Positions 1 to 14,080 are shown, counted from the first letter of the stretch. The stretch is DNA of 64,000 nt from Azolla caroliniana (GCA_043228905.1 JBHGNT010000012.1:13454001-13518000); one strand, 5' to 3'. A program made the numbers and translations. The notes: generated by a model from the letters alone, not told the origin.

Positions 1-252
1 TCAACTTTCCCTTTTGTCCAACATGACTTAAATGGACTTCTCCGACATGCACTATCGAGTGAGTGTCATCTCTGGTTTCAAAAACTCCCAGTTGCCCTAG
101 TTTTTCCAGATATGAGAACCACTCCTTGTGGCTTGTCATGTGGTTAGACGCTTCGAAGTCAACGTACCACACTTCCTCTGATCTGGAAGTGGTCTTCTTC
201 ATCAAGCTCGCCTTGTGCTTCAGCACGAAGGTTAGCCCTTTTCCAGTCTTAC
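1..252 (-). mobile_element. Ty1/Copia family A fragment (protease region), continuing past the window edge and interrupted by the Gypsy at 253
   Basis: Minus translation EEVWYVDFEASNHMTSHKEWFSYLEK matches the Copia protease motif and the element at 48191-53479. Confidence 0.8.
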
Positions 253-707
253 TGTTACGGGCATGACCATATAATATCCCGTGGTAAGAATTTACCGTAG
301 TATTCTATACACGTGGATAAGTGTGAGGGTTAAACGAGAGTGTAAAGAAGGGGAGGATTACTTTTAATCCTCGGGATTGAGACAACCCATTAGGTCAAGT
401 GTGAACTTGCCTGGGGGCCTTGGGTATCGCTATAAATAAGAGGCCTAGCTACCCTCATTTGATCATCTTTTGACTACATCGAGACTCTGCTCGTGTGGTG
501 GGTCAACTCTTGTAGCGAGCGCGCCAGCACCAGGTACGACTCGACACCACGGCGGTGGTATGGGACGCCGATCGAGGCTCGAGTCCGTCTTGATCCCTTC
601 GCTCGGGGGTGGTTGGGTGGATCGGCACCCTTCTTTCTCTTTCTCCTTTCTATCTTTCATTTCTTTATCCTTATCTTAAGCTTACTTTAGTACTTAGATC
701 TCTAATA
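253..707 (+). repeat. 5' LTR (455 bp) of the chromovirus, with TATAAATA at 431-438
   Basis: Direct repeat of 6771-7152; starts TG, ends TA, followed by the PBS. Confidence 0.92.
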
Positions 708-2384
708 TTTGGTATCAGATTTTTGTACTAATGTTTCTTTGTTTTTCATTTGTCTTTTGATTGATGCTGATCGATCGTTGTGCGGTTGGCCTTGATCCAG
801 ACAACGATCAACAAAGAACTTCGGTAACTCTTTCCATAATTTTTCTTTCTATTCTCTCTTCTCCCATCTAATCATGTGTTTAGTTTATATGTAATTTTTT
901 TCTTTAAGTCAATGATGTTGTAGTGGTCTTTAATTGATTATCTAAAACGTTTACATATGTGCACGAGGTCAATACCTCGTTTGACATATTAATAATATGT
1001 GATGAGTGTCGTATGCGTACGAGGTTAATACCTCAATTACGTATTACGTTCACGAACATATGTTACGTTTGCGTATGAGTTGTTGATTTGTTGTAAACGA
1101 TATGCGATTGGTCTCGTATGCGTAAGAGGTCAATACCTCAATTGCGTATTACGATGATCTCTTATTTGTGGATGTTTCGTGTGCATAGAGGTATATACCT
1201 CGATTACGTATCTCGATCACATCATTTGTGGCTATTTAATATAACGATATGTTTAATATAGGCATATGTGGTCACATATATACGTATTTGATCGTATATA
1301 TGTGAAAAGTAAACATATGTGTATATTCGTTATTACGTGATTATGTCGAAAGTTGTCCTAGTCGGGAAAAGGATGTTGGTGGCCGTCCTCACATTTTTGT
1401 GAGAATGGCGTTGTCACCATCCCTTTTTTCAACAATTTTTTATTGTTGATAACCCCATTGATGACCTCGATTTCGTTACGTAAAGAAACGCCAATAGCCA
1501 TAATGATGTTGAGTACGTAGGGCTTGACCCACTTCAAGTGAGGTCGCTCCAATGACGCACGTATCCAACATCCCTCCCTCGTTACATGGATACGATGCCA
1601 CCATGAGCTCGTTCTTACGAGAGGCATTCGTAATGACGTGACCATGTGATGGCCCACGTGAGCCTACTACGAAACGAGGGCTCATTTGGCTTGACCATTA
1701 GGTTGCACTTTGGCGTATGCCATCGTAATTACGAGACTTGAGGTTAGGTAACGTACCAACATAGTTTTGGTAAATGAGGGCGAAATAAGGACCCTTGACA
1801 TATATGTTCTTTGAAAAAAAACATATATGATCTCACATATCTCTTATACGCATCAAACATTAAGCATTCGAGAAGAGCAACTTACTTGGTTGGCTCAAGT
1901 GTTTAATGTATTTGTTCTCGAGGTCTCGAGTTCAAATATGACCAAGACCATACAACATCCTTGATACATATGACTATAACACATGTTTAGACTTAAGGTC
2001 TAAGTGCACCTCGGGGTCCTCGTAATAGGACTTAAAGAGCCGAAACCACATATGTGGGCACCGAAACATAGTTTATTATTAACATTTTTTTCGTGTATAA
2101 ACAATTCATGACGCGAACATACATGGTTGAGCCTCGGGGAGCCACCATAAAAAAATCGATATAGAGATCAGGGAAAGACATTTATTTGTCACCCCCATGG
2201 TTTTTAAAACACCTTTGTGTTACCATAGTAACCTGATCTTGAACCTCATCTCATACGTCTAGAGAGGTATTGACGTGAGATAATGATATCGATTAATGCT
2301 CGCCCATGATATGTTTACATCACGACATGATGTTATGACTATATCTCTGACCTTATCCTATTTCTTTTCCAGAAATAATCTTTA

Positions 2385-5300
2385 ATGGCTCAAATTAACA
2401 ACCCGATGTCATCCGCTCAAGCGGAAGGAACTCAAGGGGATCCTCCTGGACAAATGTCCACTGAGATGTATTTGGCACAAATAACCCAATACCTTAGTTT
2501 CACCGCTCAACAGATGACCAAACATCGGCAATCTCAGAGTGCTCTTGAGGCACGTGTCATTAGTCTAAAACGTGAGACTAATAGACCTGATGAGGGACAA
2601 GGTGAACCATCATTTTTCGTTAAGCCATTTACGGGAGACAAAAAGAAAAGAACCGAAGAAGCAATCTGTACATGGCTGGGACGATGGGAGTCTCATTTTG
2701 AGCTCTATCCCACGCCAGATAGTACGAAGATTGCATATGCCAGCCGAGAACTCGGGGGTAAGGCCGCCGCCTGATGGCGTGGGCTCCGTACTATGGGGAA
2801 ATTGCCCGATACCTGGACAGATTTTGTCACGGTTTTTAAGGGCCAATTTCTGCAACCTCCCTCTCGAACCGAGGCAGCACAAGCTTTAATGAACCTCTCT
2901 AGCAGGAAATTTTCCTCGCTAGAAGACTATGTTCACCATGCTAGAACCCAAATCCAAAAATCGGGTCTAGAAGGGGACAATTGGTTGATAGCTTGTTTTG
3001 TCAATGGCATCCCCAATTCGGACTATCACTGGATAGTGCACGATAAGGATCCAAAATCCTTCGAAGATGTCGTTGAAATAGTTCTTCGCTATCAACGCAC
3101 TTCGAAGAAGGACCATAACAAACCCAACGAAGTGCCCGGGACTAAGCAGTCACAATTTGTTGGGAAACGCAAGACACCCAACGAATTCCTGGATCGCGAT
3201 TGTAAGCGACAACATCCTTTTTGCGTATTCTGCAAAAAGAAGGGTCATACAAAAGATCAATGTCGAAAGCTCCAACGGAAAGAGCACGACAACAAAGCTA
3301 AAGCTGCAGACCATAAAGGTCAGATTCGTAATGTCCTTCAGGTCTATACACATCATTTAAGTAATTGTCAATGTTCTTTCCCTCACTATGTATTGGGTCC
3401 CAATGATTTACTACGTGCAAACAGGTATATCAATGGATCTCCCGTACAATTTTTATTTGATTCGGGAAGCTCACACAATTTTGTGAATGATCGTTTGGTT
3501 CAGATATGGGGAATCCAACCCACCGTAAGTGATCACACCTACACGGTGCACTTGGCTGATGGAAGAGTACAATACATCAACGGGGTGATTCATTCATTAG
3601 GAATTTCTATTGATACTTATATAGAGGAAGTAGACTTCCATGTAATGAATCTTTGTACCACCGATGTAATACTGGGTTATCCCTGGTTTTATAATAAAAA
3701 CTCTTCTTTATTTATTGATTGGGTTCGTCATTCCATTTCTTTTGTACTGAATGATTGTACGCATTTTATTCAATGTGTAAAAAAACAATATTCGAGTTGT
3801 CTTGTTCTATGTTATTTTATTGTGTACTTGATCCGGACATTCACGTTTACAATATCGATAATGTCCCGATTCAATTAACATATTTTGAACAACAACTTGA
3901 TGAAATCTTAAATGATTTTCATGATGTTTTTCCAAGTGAACTACATGATGGCTTACCTCCTAAACGTAATATAGACCATCGTATAGATATTGTACCTGGT
4001 GTTGCACCAATAAGTATACCTCCGTATCGCGTAAGTCGATCCGAAGAAGATGAGGTATCTAAGCAACTCAAGGACTATTTACGAATGGCTTATATACGTT
4101 ATAGTAAATCTCCATGGGGTGCACCAGTTCTCTTGGTTAAAAAGAAAGAGGGCACATGGCGTATGTGTATTAATTACTGAGGCTTGAATAAAGTGATGAT
4201 CAAGAATTCGTATCCATTGCCCCGGGCTGACGATCTAATTGACCGTCTCCAGGGAGCTCGGTATTTTACGAAACTTGATCTCCGTACTGGATACCATCAA
4301 ATACCAATAAGTGAGGACGACGTTCCTAAAACGGCATTTCGTACGCGTTATGGCCATTACGAGTTTTTGGTTATGCCTTCTGGTTTGACCAATGCTCCAG
4401 CTACTTTTCAACAAGAAATGAATGACATTTTCCGAGAACAACTTGGAAAATTTGTCGTTATTTTCTTGGATGATATTTTAGTTTGTAGCCGTACATTACA
4501 AGAACATGCTAGACATGTCCGCTTTGTTTTACAAACATTGCGTGACAAACAGTTTTATGCGAAGATCTCAAAATGTGAGTTCTTCAAGAAATCAATTACT
4601 TATCTAGGACATCTCATAACCGAACGAGGAGTTGAAATTGATCCTTCTCGCATTGAGAAAATCAAGCTTTGGCCCACTCTTCGGAATATTCGAGAAGTTC
4701 GATCATTCCTTGGTTTTGTCGGGTTTTTGCGAAAGTCTCTTCGTAATTACTCCCAATTGACGACGCTGTTTACTAATCTTTTAAAAGGTCAAACGCGTAA
4801 GTCTACAAAACCTATTGTGTGGAATGCTATACTAGACCTTGCCTTTAAGGAACTCAAGGACCTGGTTTGCAAGGCTCCTTCACTTCTTTTACCTAATCCT
4901 TCAAAACCTTTTGAGGTTGAAACCGATGCAAGCGATTATGCTATAGGTGCTGTCTTGTATCAAGATGGTAAACCAATAGCATTCGAGAGTAAGAAACTTG
5001 ATTCTGCTCAATGTCGGTATACCGTTCAAGAAAAGGAATTATTTGCAGTTATACATGCGCTCAAAACATGGCGCCATTATCTTTATGGAAATCACTTTGT
5101 GGTAACTACGGACCACGAGTCCTTGAAATATTTTTGTGACCAACAAGACCTGAAAGGTCGTAAGGCACGATGGGCTGATCTCATCCAGGACTTTGATTTT
5201 TCCATACGATATCGTAAAGGTTCCATGAACACTGTCGCTGATGCACTAAGTCGCATCCGTGAAGTTAACACGCTTAGCTTCACTGAAATATCATCAGATC

Positions 5301-6784
5301 TTTATGATCACCTTCGAGGAAAGTATCCTGATGACAGTTATTTCGCAAAATACTGGGCAAGAGTTGAGTCTGGAACAGACACCACCACATCCTCGAAGGA
5401 ATACTTCCACATTGCTAACGGTTTGCTCTACCGTAATGGGAAGGTTTGTGTTCCAGATTTACCCGGGGTAAAAAAGAGGATTCTTTTTTAATGCCATGAT
5501 GCACCCTCAGCAGGGCACCCTGGAATACATCGTACACTCGTTCTCATCTCCACTCAATTTTATTGGCCTAAGAGGCGTCCTGACATACATAGCTATGTGA
5601 CTAAATGTCACCAGTGTCAGGTTAACAAAGCCGAGCGACTTAAAGCCGCAGGACTTTTACATCCCTTGGACATTCCCAATAATAAGTGGGAAAGTATATC
5701 CATGGATTTTATTGTTAGCCTTCCTCGCACCCAAAAAGGTCATGATGCCATCTGGGTTGTCATTGATCGACTAACTAAAATGGCCAGATTTATTGCTACT
5801 AAAACCACGGTAACAGCTCCTGAATTGGCTTACCAATTCGTTGCCGGATTGTTTCGTTTTTATGGGTTACCGATGGATATCGTGAGTGATCGAGATCCAA
5901 AGTTTACTAGTGACTTCTGGACACAAGTCTTTAAGAAGTTAGAAACTACATTGAGCATGAGCTCCACGGATCATCCTCAATCCGATGGACAGACAGAACG
6001 AGTAAATCAAATTATTGAGGACATGCTTCGAGCATACGTTGGTGCAAAACCAACAAAATGGGAACGTTATCTCCCAATTTTGGAGTTTGCTTATAACAGC
6101 TCCAAGCATACGTCGACGGGATATAGTCCTTTTATGTTGATGTATGGTTTTCAGCCACGAGCCCCGATTGATGTTAATATACATCATGATGAGTTGCGAA
6201 GTACGCAAAACTTTCTTTGGGATATGCAAGATATGTTGCATATTGCACGAGATAATATAAAAACAGCTCAAGATAGAGCGCGTTTTTATGCCGATCATCA
6301 TAGGCAACCTCGTGTATTCAACCCTGGACAGAAGGTATTTTTACATGTACCTCACAATTCTAAGACATTGTCTACGGGTAAGTACGCTAAGTTAGCCCCA
6401 CGGTTTTGTGGACCTTTTACAGTCCTCAAACGCATTGGGTCATCAGCCTATCGTCTCGCTCTTCCCGATGGTGTCGGAATTCATCCAGTCTTTCATGTGA
6501 GTCGTCTAAAAGAACTTCTAGGTTCTGGCGACAATATAGTTACGACTGAAACTCTGGTTACTTCTGAAGAATTATCTTCTAAACCACATGTACCAGAAAG
6601 AATTCTCGATGTTAAAACAAAAAAATTACGCACTAAAGAAATTCGAGAATTTAAAATAAAATGGATGGATAAATCAATAAAAGATGCCACATGGGAACGC
6701 GAAAATACTCTTAGAACTAACTTCCCTAACTTTCCATTGCAAGAGTGCAATGTTTTAAAGCGGGGGAGTATGTTACGGGCATGA
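2385..6784 (+). pseudogene. Gypsy gag-pol, disrupted (stops at 2772-2774, 4178-4180 and 5489-5491; frameshift near 3780)
   Basis: CCHC knuckle CVFCKKKGHTKDQC; protease LFDSGSSHNF; [15 protein letters not shown] and FLDD; RNase[14 protein letters not shown]; integrase SMDFI and HPQSDGQTER; chromodomain PERILD...KIKW...DATWE. Confidence 0.93.
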
Positions 6785-7152
6785 CCATATAATATCCCGT
6801 GGTAAGAATTTACCGTAGTATTCTATACACGTGGATAAGTGTGAGGGTTAAACGAGAGTGTAAAGAAGGGGAGGATTACTTTTAATCCTCGGGATTGAGA
6901 CAACCCATTAGGTCAAGTGTGAACTTGCCTGGTGGCCTTGGGTATCGCCAACTCTTGTAGCGAGCGCGCCTGCACCAGGTACGACTCGACGCCACGGCGG
7001 TGGTATGGGACGCCGATCGAGGCTCGAGTCCGTCTCGATCCCTTCGCTCGGGGGTGGTCGGGTGGATCGGCACCCTTCTTTCTCTTTCTCCTTTCTATCT
7101 TTCATTTCTTTATCCTTATCTTAAGCTTACATTAGTACTTAGATCTCTAATA
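6771..7152 (+). repeat. 3' LTR (382 bp) of the chromovirus, with a 73-bp deletion relative to the 5' LTR
   Basis: Aligns to 253-707 apart from the missing 431-503. Confidence 0.92.
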
Positions 7153-8786
7153 CTTACCAGTTCCGGATCCTTCTGATCCTTTGGCATAGTGCAAGCTTTG
7201 CCGGTTCCCTTGTCTGGCCTTACCATATCTGGATTGATCCGAATAAGCGCGCTTCTTCCATCACTCGCTCTGTTAGTGGACCTTCTTGCCACAATACCTA
7301 CATTCCGTTTCAGTCTTTTATTTTCCGGTTTCCGGCACCGCTTTGACTCCCCCTACTTGTGGCGGGTCTGGAACTGTTCTCAGCACTATCTCTCTACTTC
7401 CGTTTCTGCTCTTGTTGGACGCCTACATTGCGTGCCGACCCACCTTATCCTCCACACCCACAGGGCTGATCCACCTCCGTGTACAACATTCATTTGTCTG
7501 ATTGAATGTCCCTTGAACCACTCACGTGATTTTCTTTGACCATGAGGTTCTATTACAGGTCGAAGAAGGACGGTGGCTTCTCCCATGTGCAAATTGTCGT
7601 TCAGATTGGCCCGTACCGGTATGTTAGACCACCGAGGCAGATCTAGACCATCTCGTCTTCATCCATTGTCACGTTGATGGACCCAAGCGCGTCGCAGATC
7701 TCCTTGATCTTGGTGGTGTACTCAGTGACCGACATGTCCCGTTGCCGAATACTGTTGAGCTATTGCTCGAGTTGCAACTTCGAAACCGCGGTACTTGCGG
7801 TGAAAATCTTCTTGAGATTTTCCCAGGCCTCCTTTGGTGACTTTGCATCTCTAATGTAGCCAGGCATCTGGTTGTGCACACTAGATGCGAGGCAATACAA
7901 CACCCTGCTCGTTCTTTGCTCCCATACTGGGATGTCCTTCTGTGCCGATTCCGGTGCTGCTTCATTTGCTCCTTCCACGTAGCTCCAATATCCATGTCCC
8001 AGTAAAAGGGTTTTTCTGTGAGCGTCACTCATCGGCAGCACAGGATTCTCAACCCTCACGCTCTGATACCATGTAAAAGTTATTCTGCGGATGCTTGGAC
8101 AAACCGGCTCACCCGGATAACAACAGTAAAACAGAAATGAAGGTTTAATGGAAGCTTAAGAATACATAGTACACAGGAGAGATAGACAGAGAGCAGAAAA
8201 GCATAAGCTCCATTCAAAAATAATAACACTCTCTACATACAACTGTCCTACAAAACACTTTTTATACAAGTCCTTAAAAGGACTGACAAGTACTTTGCCG
8301 ATTCCGGCGCTGCTTCATTTGCTCCTTCCACGTAGCTCTAGTATCCATGCCCCAACAAGTACTAGTGAATTTTATACGGCCAGGACGCATAGTTGCTCCG
8401 GTCGAGCTTTTCTGTTGGAAGCGAGTTGGCCATGCTTCTGTTCATATCTTCCTTCCTGTTCTTTATCAGGTGTCAGGATGTGTTTGTGAGTGCCACTCAT
8501 CGGTAGTAGAGGATTCTCAACCCTTGCGCTCTGATACAATGTACACGTTATTATGCGGAAGCTTAGATAAACCGGCTCAACCGGATAACAACAGTACAAC
8601 ATAAATGAAGGTTTAATGGGAGCTTAAGAATACATAGTACACAGGAGAGACAAAGAGAGAGCGGAATAACATAACCTCAATTAAAAAATAATAAATCTAT
8701 ACATACAAATGTCCTATAGAACACTTTTTAGACAAGTCCTTAAAAGAAGTGACATAAGTATTGACAAGCACTTCAATGCTCATACT
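7153..8786 (-). mobile_element. Copia family A gag, PBS and LTR remnants, with a partial tandem duplication
   Basis: Gag text LGHGYWSYVEG...DAKSPKEAWENLKKIF; minus-strand PBS 8060-8071 with LTR from 8072; second gag-start/PBS/LTR copy 8296-8786 (MANSLPTEKLDRSNYASW). Confidence 0.8.
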
Positions 8787-9262
8787 GTTAGGAAACAGGT
8801 CCCTCCGGATGGGAAGAGAAGAGCCGAGTTGATGAGGATCTCGGCCAAGGCAGAAACCAAAATCGTGTAGACTGCCAACTCGGAAGACTATACTTGTAAA
8901 TAGTCTAAATATGCCCTTATGGGTGACACTTGTAAATAACCCAAAAAGTGTACTAGTATAAGTACTTAGGGCAATCATAATGTTATGATGATGAGTTCTT
9001 GTTAAAAATTTACTTAGAAGGTCGTTGCCTCTGTAACTGTGTAACAGTAAGTGAGTGAGAGTGAGAACGTGTGTAACTCTGTAGCCATCTGTTGACGAAG
9101 TAGAATCTCGAGGTCATTGCCTCGGAGCTTCTAGTTGTACTCCTTTTTTAGCATAGTGATTCAGTTTCTCAGGGTTTGTAGACCCCTGTGGTTTTTTCCC
9201 ATTTCGGGTTTCCACGTTAAAATCGTGTGTTTCTGTCGTTTGTGCCATTTCTGTTTTTGTAC
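8787..9262 (+). repeat. Truncated 5' LTR of a plus-strand Copia family B element
   Basis: Starts TGTTAGGAAAC, identical to the LTR start after the PPT at ~19701; resembles the LTR at 28720. Confidence 0.7.
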
Positions 9263-10647
9263 TGATGAGAATGACGTGGAATATTGCTCGGCCACAACCG
9301 AGTCTTGAACACTTCATTGAGATTGAAACACGGAAATGGGAAGTGGAGAATACACAAAATGTTTACATGGAAAACCCTAATAGGGAAAAAACCACGGGAG
9401 CCCACAGACTCCGAACTATCACTATGAAGAGAAAGGTACAATTAGAGCCTTGGAGGCAATGACCTCGAGCTCTATATCTTCGCCAACCGGCGGTTACAGC
9501 AGAGTATGTCTCTGTATCTCACACTCTCTCTCTTTGTGGCTCTTGGTACAATAGTTACAACGACAACAACAATAATCAAGGTGATTACAAATATAGCTTC
9601 AATAGACTTGCTGAAAACATATTTACGAATATGTCTCTCTTCCGGGTCTCACCGTGTCTCCTTCAGTTTCCGGATCTCTTCCGGTTCTCATCAGGTCCCC
9701 TCCGGTTTCTGGATCTCACCGGGTCCCATCCGGAGAGACCGATTTCCCAATAATCTCCCCCTTCACTCCGGCATGGGATATCTTGTCAGCCCGATCTGCT
9801 TTCGGCACGCATGTAGCTTGTCGGTTGTCAGGACTTGGGTCGGCATGTCCGACCCGTTCTCCTCTGTCAGCATGAACTCTTGATCTTCTACTCTCTCCCG
9901 GATCCAGTGGTACCTCCGTTGGATATGTTTCATCCGGGAATGGTAGGCCGCGTTCTTTGCAAGGTGGATGGCACTTTGATTTTCTCAATAGAGCCAGTAT
10001 TCCTCCTGTTGGAATCCTAGCTCTTCCATGAAGTCCTTCATCCAGATTATCTCCTTGCCAACTTCTACAACTGCCATGTACTCCACCTCCGTGGTTGACA
10101 ACGCAACCGTCTTCTGCAGCTTCAACTGCCACAAAACAGCTCCCCCTACATAGGTCATGACATATCTGGATGTAGACCGGCTGGTATCCGCATCGGCCGA
10201 CATATCCGAATCCGTCAATCCATCAAGTTGGGGATTACAGGAGCCAAACCGGAGACACATAGTCGAAGTGCCTTTCAGATACCGAAGTATCCACTTGACC
10301 GTGTTCCAATGCTCTTTGTCGGGATTGCTCATGAAACGGCTCACCATTCCAACTGCATATCCGATATCCGGTCGGGTAAATACCATTGTGTACATCAGGC
10401 TCCTAACGACAGAGGCATATGGTATCTTCATCATATCTGTCTTCTCTGCCTTTGTCCTCAGGCTTTGTTTTCCGGATAGCTTGTAGTTTGCCAAAAGTGT
10501 TGATTTGACCGATTTCGCCTCCGACATGTTGAACCCTTGAAGCACCTTTGTCATGTGCTTCTCTTGTGACAACCACACTAGCTTCTTCGACCGGATGATG
10601 TGCATTCCCAATACTTGTCTTGCCGGACCCAAGTCTTTCATAGAGAA

Positions 10648-11808
10648 GGTGCAATTCAGAGCCTTCTTCAGCATCCGAATCTTACTTTGGTCTCATCCGA
10701 CGATCAACATATCATCCACATATAGGAGGAGTATCAAGAAATCTCCTCTGTCAAATTTCTTCACAAACATGCAGTGATCGGCTTGCGTTTTGTGGTACCC
10801 TTGGTCGGTCATTAAGGAATCGAACTTCCTGTACCATTGCCGGGGGGCTTGCTTCAGTCCGTATAGGCTCTTCTTCAGCCGAAACACCAGGTGCTCCTTC
10901 CCTTTCCTCTCAAATCCTTCTGGTTGGTGCATGTAGATCTCTTCTTCGAGGTTGCCATGTAGGAATGTCGTCTTGACATCCAGTTGCTCTACCTCGAGGT
11001 CCATGCTTGCCGCTATGCCCAATACGGTCTAGATGGTGCAATTCAGAGCCTTCTTCAGCATCCGAATCTTACTTTGGTCTCATCCGACGATCAACATATC
11101 ATCCACATATAGGAGGAGTATCAAGAAATCTCCTCTGTCAAATTTCTTCACAAACACGCAGTGATCGGCTTGCGTTTTGTGGTACCCTTGGTCGGTCATT
11201 AAGGAATCGAACTTCCTGTACCATTGCCAGGGGGCTTGCTTCAGTCCGTATAGGCTCTTCTTCAGCCGAAACACCAGGTGCTCCTTCCCTTTCCTCTCAA
11301 ATCCTTCTGGTTGGTGCATGTAGATCTCTTCTTCGAGGTTGCCATGTAGGAATGTCGTCTTGACATCCAGTTGCTCTACCTCGAGGTCCATGCTTGCCGC
11401 TATGCCCAATACGGTCCAGATGGTGCAATTCAGAGCCTTCTTCAGCATCCGAATCTTGCTTTGGTCTCATCCGACGATCAACATATCATCCACATATAGG
11501 AGAAGTATCAAGAAATCTCCTCTGTCAAATTTCTTCACAAACACGCAGTGATCGGCTTGCGTTTTGTGGTACCCTTGGTCGGTCATTAAGGAATCGAACT
11601 TCCTATACCATTGCGGGGGGGCTTGCTTCAGTCCATATAGGCTCTTCTTCAGCCGAAACACCAGGTGCTCCTTCCCTTTCCTCTCAAATCCTTCTGGTTG
11701 GTGCATGTAGATCTCTTCTTCGAGGTTGCCATGTAGGAATGTCGTCTTGACATCCAGTTGCTCTACCTCGAGGTCCATGCTTGATGCTATGCCCAATACG
11801 GTCCAGAT
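10648..11808 (-). repeat. Three tandem 387-bp copies of the Copia RT core
   Basis: Units start at 10648, 11035 and 11422; each encodes QLDVKTTFLHG...LLYVDDMLIVG*. Confidence 0.93.
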
Positions 11809-14080
11809 GGATGTCATCTTTACTACCGGGGCAACGATCTCATCGAAATCCACTCCTTTCTTCTGTTGGAAGCCCTTCACCATGATTTGGGCCTTATACT
11901 TGGGTGGATTTCCGGCATCTCCTGGTTTCAACTTGTACACCCATTTATTCCGGAGTGCTCTCTTCCCTTTCGGCAACTCCGTCAGTTCATATGTGTGGTT
12001 CTCATGCAAGGAATCCATCTCATCCTACATGGCACTCAACCACTTGCGGCTACGGGTGTCTTTCTTTGCTTCTTCGAAGCTTTCCGGCTCCCCCTCATTG
12101 GTTAGCAACACATGCTCTGCATTTGGAAATCTCCGGGGCTCTTCGCTCTCGGAGAGGATATCTCCGTCCCTGGTTTCTGACTGTCGGTTCCTCCGTTTGT
12201 TCCTCTGATTCGGGATCTTGTCCGGTTCTAGTGTCTTCTTCTTCTTCTTCTTCTTCTTCTTCGTTCGGTTCGGTTCTTGTCCTTATCTGGCCGGTTCGTC
12301 AAGTGTCATCCCGTTACCGACTAGCGTCCAGTTTCAACCGGGTAAGTCCTTGTGTCCTTGAGCCGGTTATCATTGAATGATACGGAGTTCATCACCTTCT
12401 TCTCCGACTCCCAGTCAGCAGTGGTCCTATCTTCCATGAAGACTATGTCCTGAATCCGGAACACCTTCTTGTTGACCAGATCCCACACCCGGTAACCGAA
12501 CTCATCATCGCCGTATCCAAGAAATATGCATGGCCTGGACTTCGGATCCAGCTTTTCTCTCTTGTCCTTTGCAACATGCACATATGCGAGACACCTAAAC
12601 ACCTTCAGATGCTGGTAAGATACATCTCTACTGGTCCATACTTTCTGAGGTGAGTCTCCTTCCAGGGGTGATAAGGGTGATCTATTTATCACATAGGTCA
12701 CCGTCATCAGCGCCTCAACCCAAAACGTCGTGGGTAACTTTGCATGTGCTAGCAGGCTCCGAACTCCCTCCATTATGGTCCGGTTCATCCTTTCGGCCAA
12801 CCCGTTTAGTTCCGGCGCCTTCGGCACAATAAACTCGAGCTGAATTCCCTTCGACCAGCAGTACTCCTCGAATTGCCCCCGGTATTATCCTCCGTTATCT
12901 GCTCGAACCGCCTTCAGCTTCCGACCGGTTTCTCTTTCCACTCTCGCGTGGAGCTCCTTGAAGACAGATAGCAGTTGATCCTTCGTCTTCAATGGTGAGA
13001 CCCACAACTTCCATCCGTGGTCATCTATGAACGTCACGAAGTATTGCGATCCGGTATGTGACTTCGTGTCCACTTGACACACATCGATATGGACCGGCTC
13101 CAGTGGTGCATTCCGTCTCATCGGTGGTCTTGACTGGAAAGAGGTGTGGTTTTTCTCGCCGACCAAGCAATTAGTGCACTTCCCAAGTTGCATGTCCTTC
13201 ACCGGAATGAGGTTTTCTTCGGCAAGCCTCTTCATCCCCTTCTCACTCATGTGACACAGTCTTTTGTGCCACAGCTCATCGGTAGTGTCGGATGCTACGT
13301 TCACTTCTTCCCGGCATATCCGGGCATGCATCAAGTACAACATGTTGACCTTCCGGGCTCGAGCTACTATTAGACTCCCTTTGCTGAACTTCATGACTCT
13401 ATTCCGGATGCTACCCGTGTAGCCTTCATCATCTAGCCGACCATCTGATATCAGGTTCAGTCGAACCTTCGGAACGTGTCGGACATCCTTCAGCAGCAAC
13501 TTGCATCCAGTTGATGTCATCAACAACACATCTCCTATGTCGATAATTCGGCATGTACCTTCATTCCCTATCCAGACACAACCATGATCACCGGCTATGT
13601 AGAATGAGAAGCATTTCCGATCCGGTGTTAGGTGGAAAGACGCTCCGGAATCGACAACCCACGTTGTCTTGTCATCGACAAGGTTTAACTCATTCTCTTC
13701 GGTAATGAGCATTGGTTCTTCTTCACTTATCGCAATTGCGGACGTTCCCTTCTGATCTAGGGATAACTGTTTTCCTTTCGGCCCGGCGTTGCCCAACGTG
13801 GCAACTAACGTCTCCCAACTGTCAAGCAAGAGCAATGTGAGTACCTCATCAGCGAGAGGTACTTCCAACGAGGTTGCCTGGTGTATTAGCCCCTGGAAGA
13901 CCTTCATGTGCTCCGCCATACTGGAGGCATCCTGGTACCGGAGCCTCACTAGCTTCCAAAATACTGAAACCCGATTAATGGCATTCTTGTTCTGGAACAT
14001 GATGTCAATCTTCTCCCAGAGTTCATGAGCCTTGATCACTTCATTGAAGTTGTTTCGATGAAGCACCGGATGTATGCCGT

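Larger units (their letters stand above)
253..7152 (+). mobile_element. Full-length degenerate Ty3/Gypsy chromovirus LTR retrotransposon
   Basis: LTRs 253-707 and 6771-7152; 5-bp TSD CTTAC (248-252, 7153-7157); PBS TGGTATCAGA 710-719; PPT 6758-6770; domain order gag-PR-RT-RH-INT-chromodomain. Confidence 0.95.

Noticed and set aside
710-719. tRNA gene
   Set aside because: Only a PBS complementary to the tRNA-iMet 3' end; the other PBS sites are the same.
960-1215. Palindromic repeats as a CRISPR array
   Set aside because: The 14-bp cores are irregularly spaced and lie inside a retrotransposon leader.
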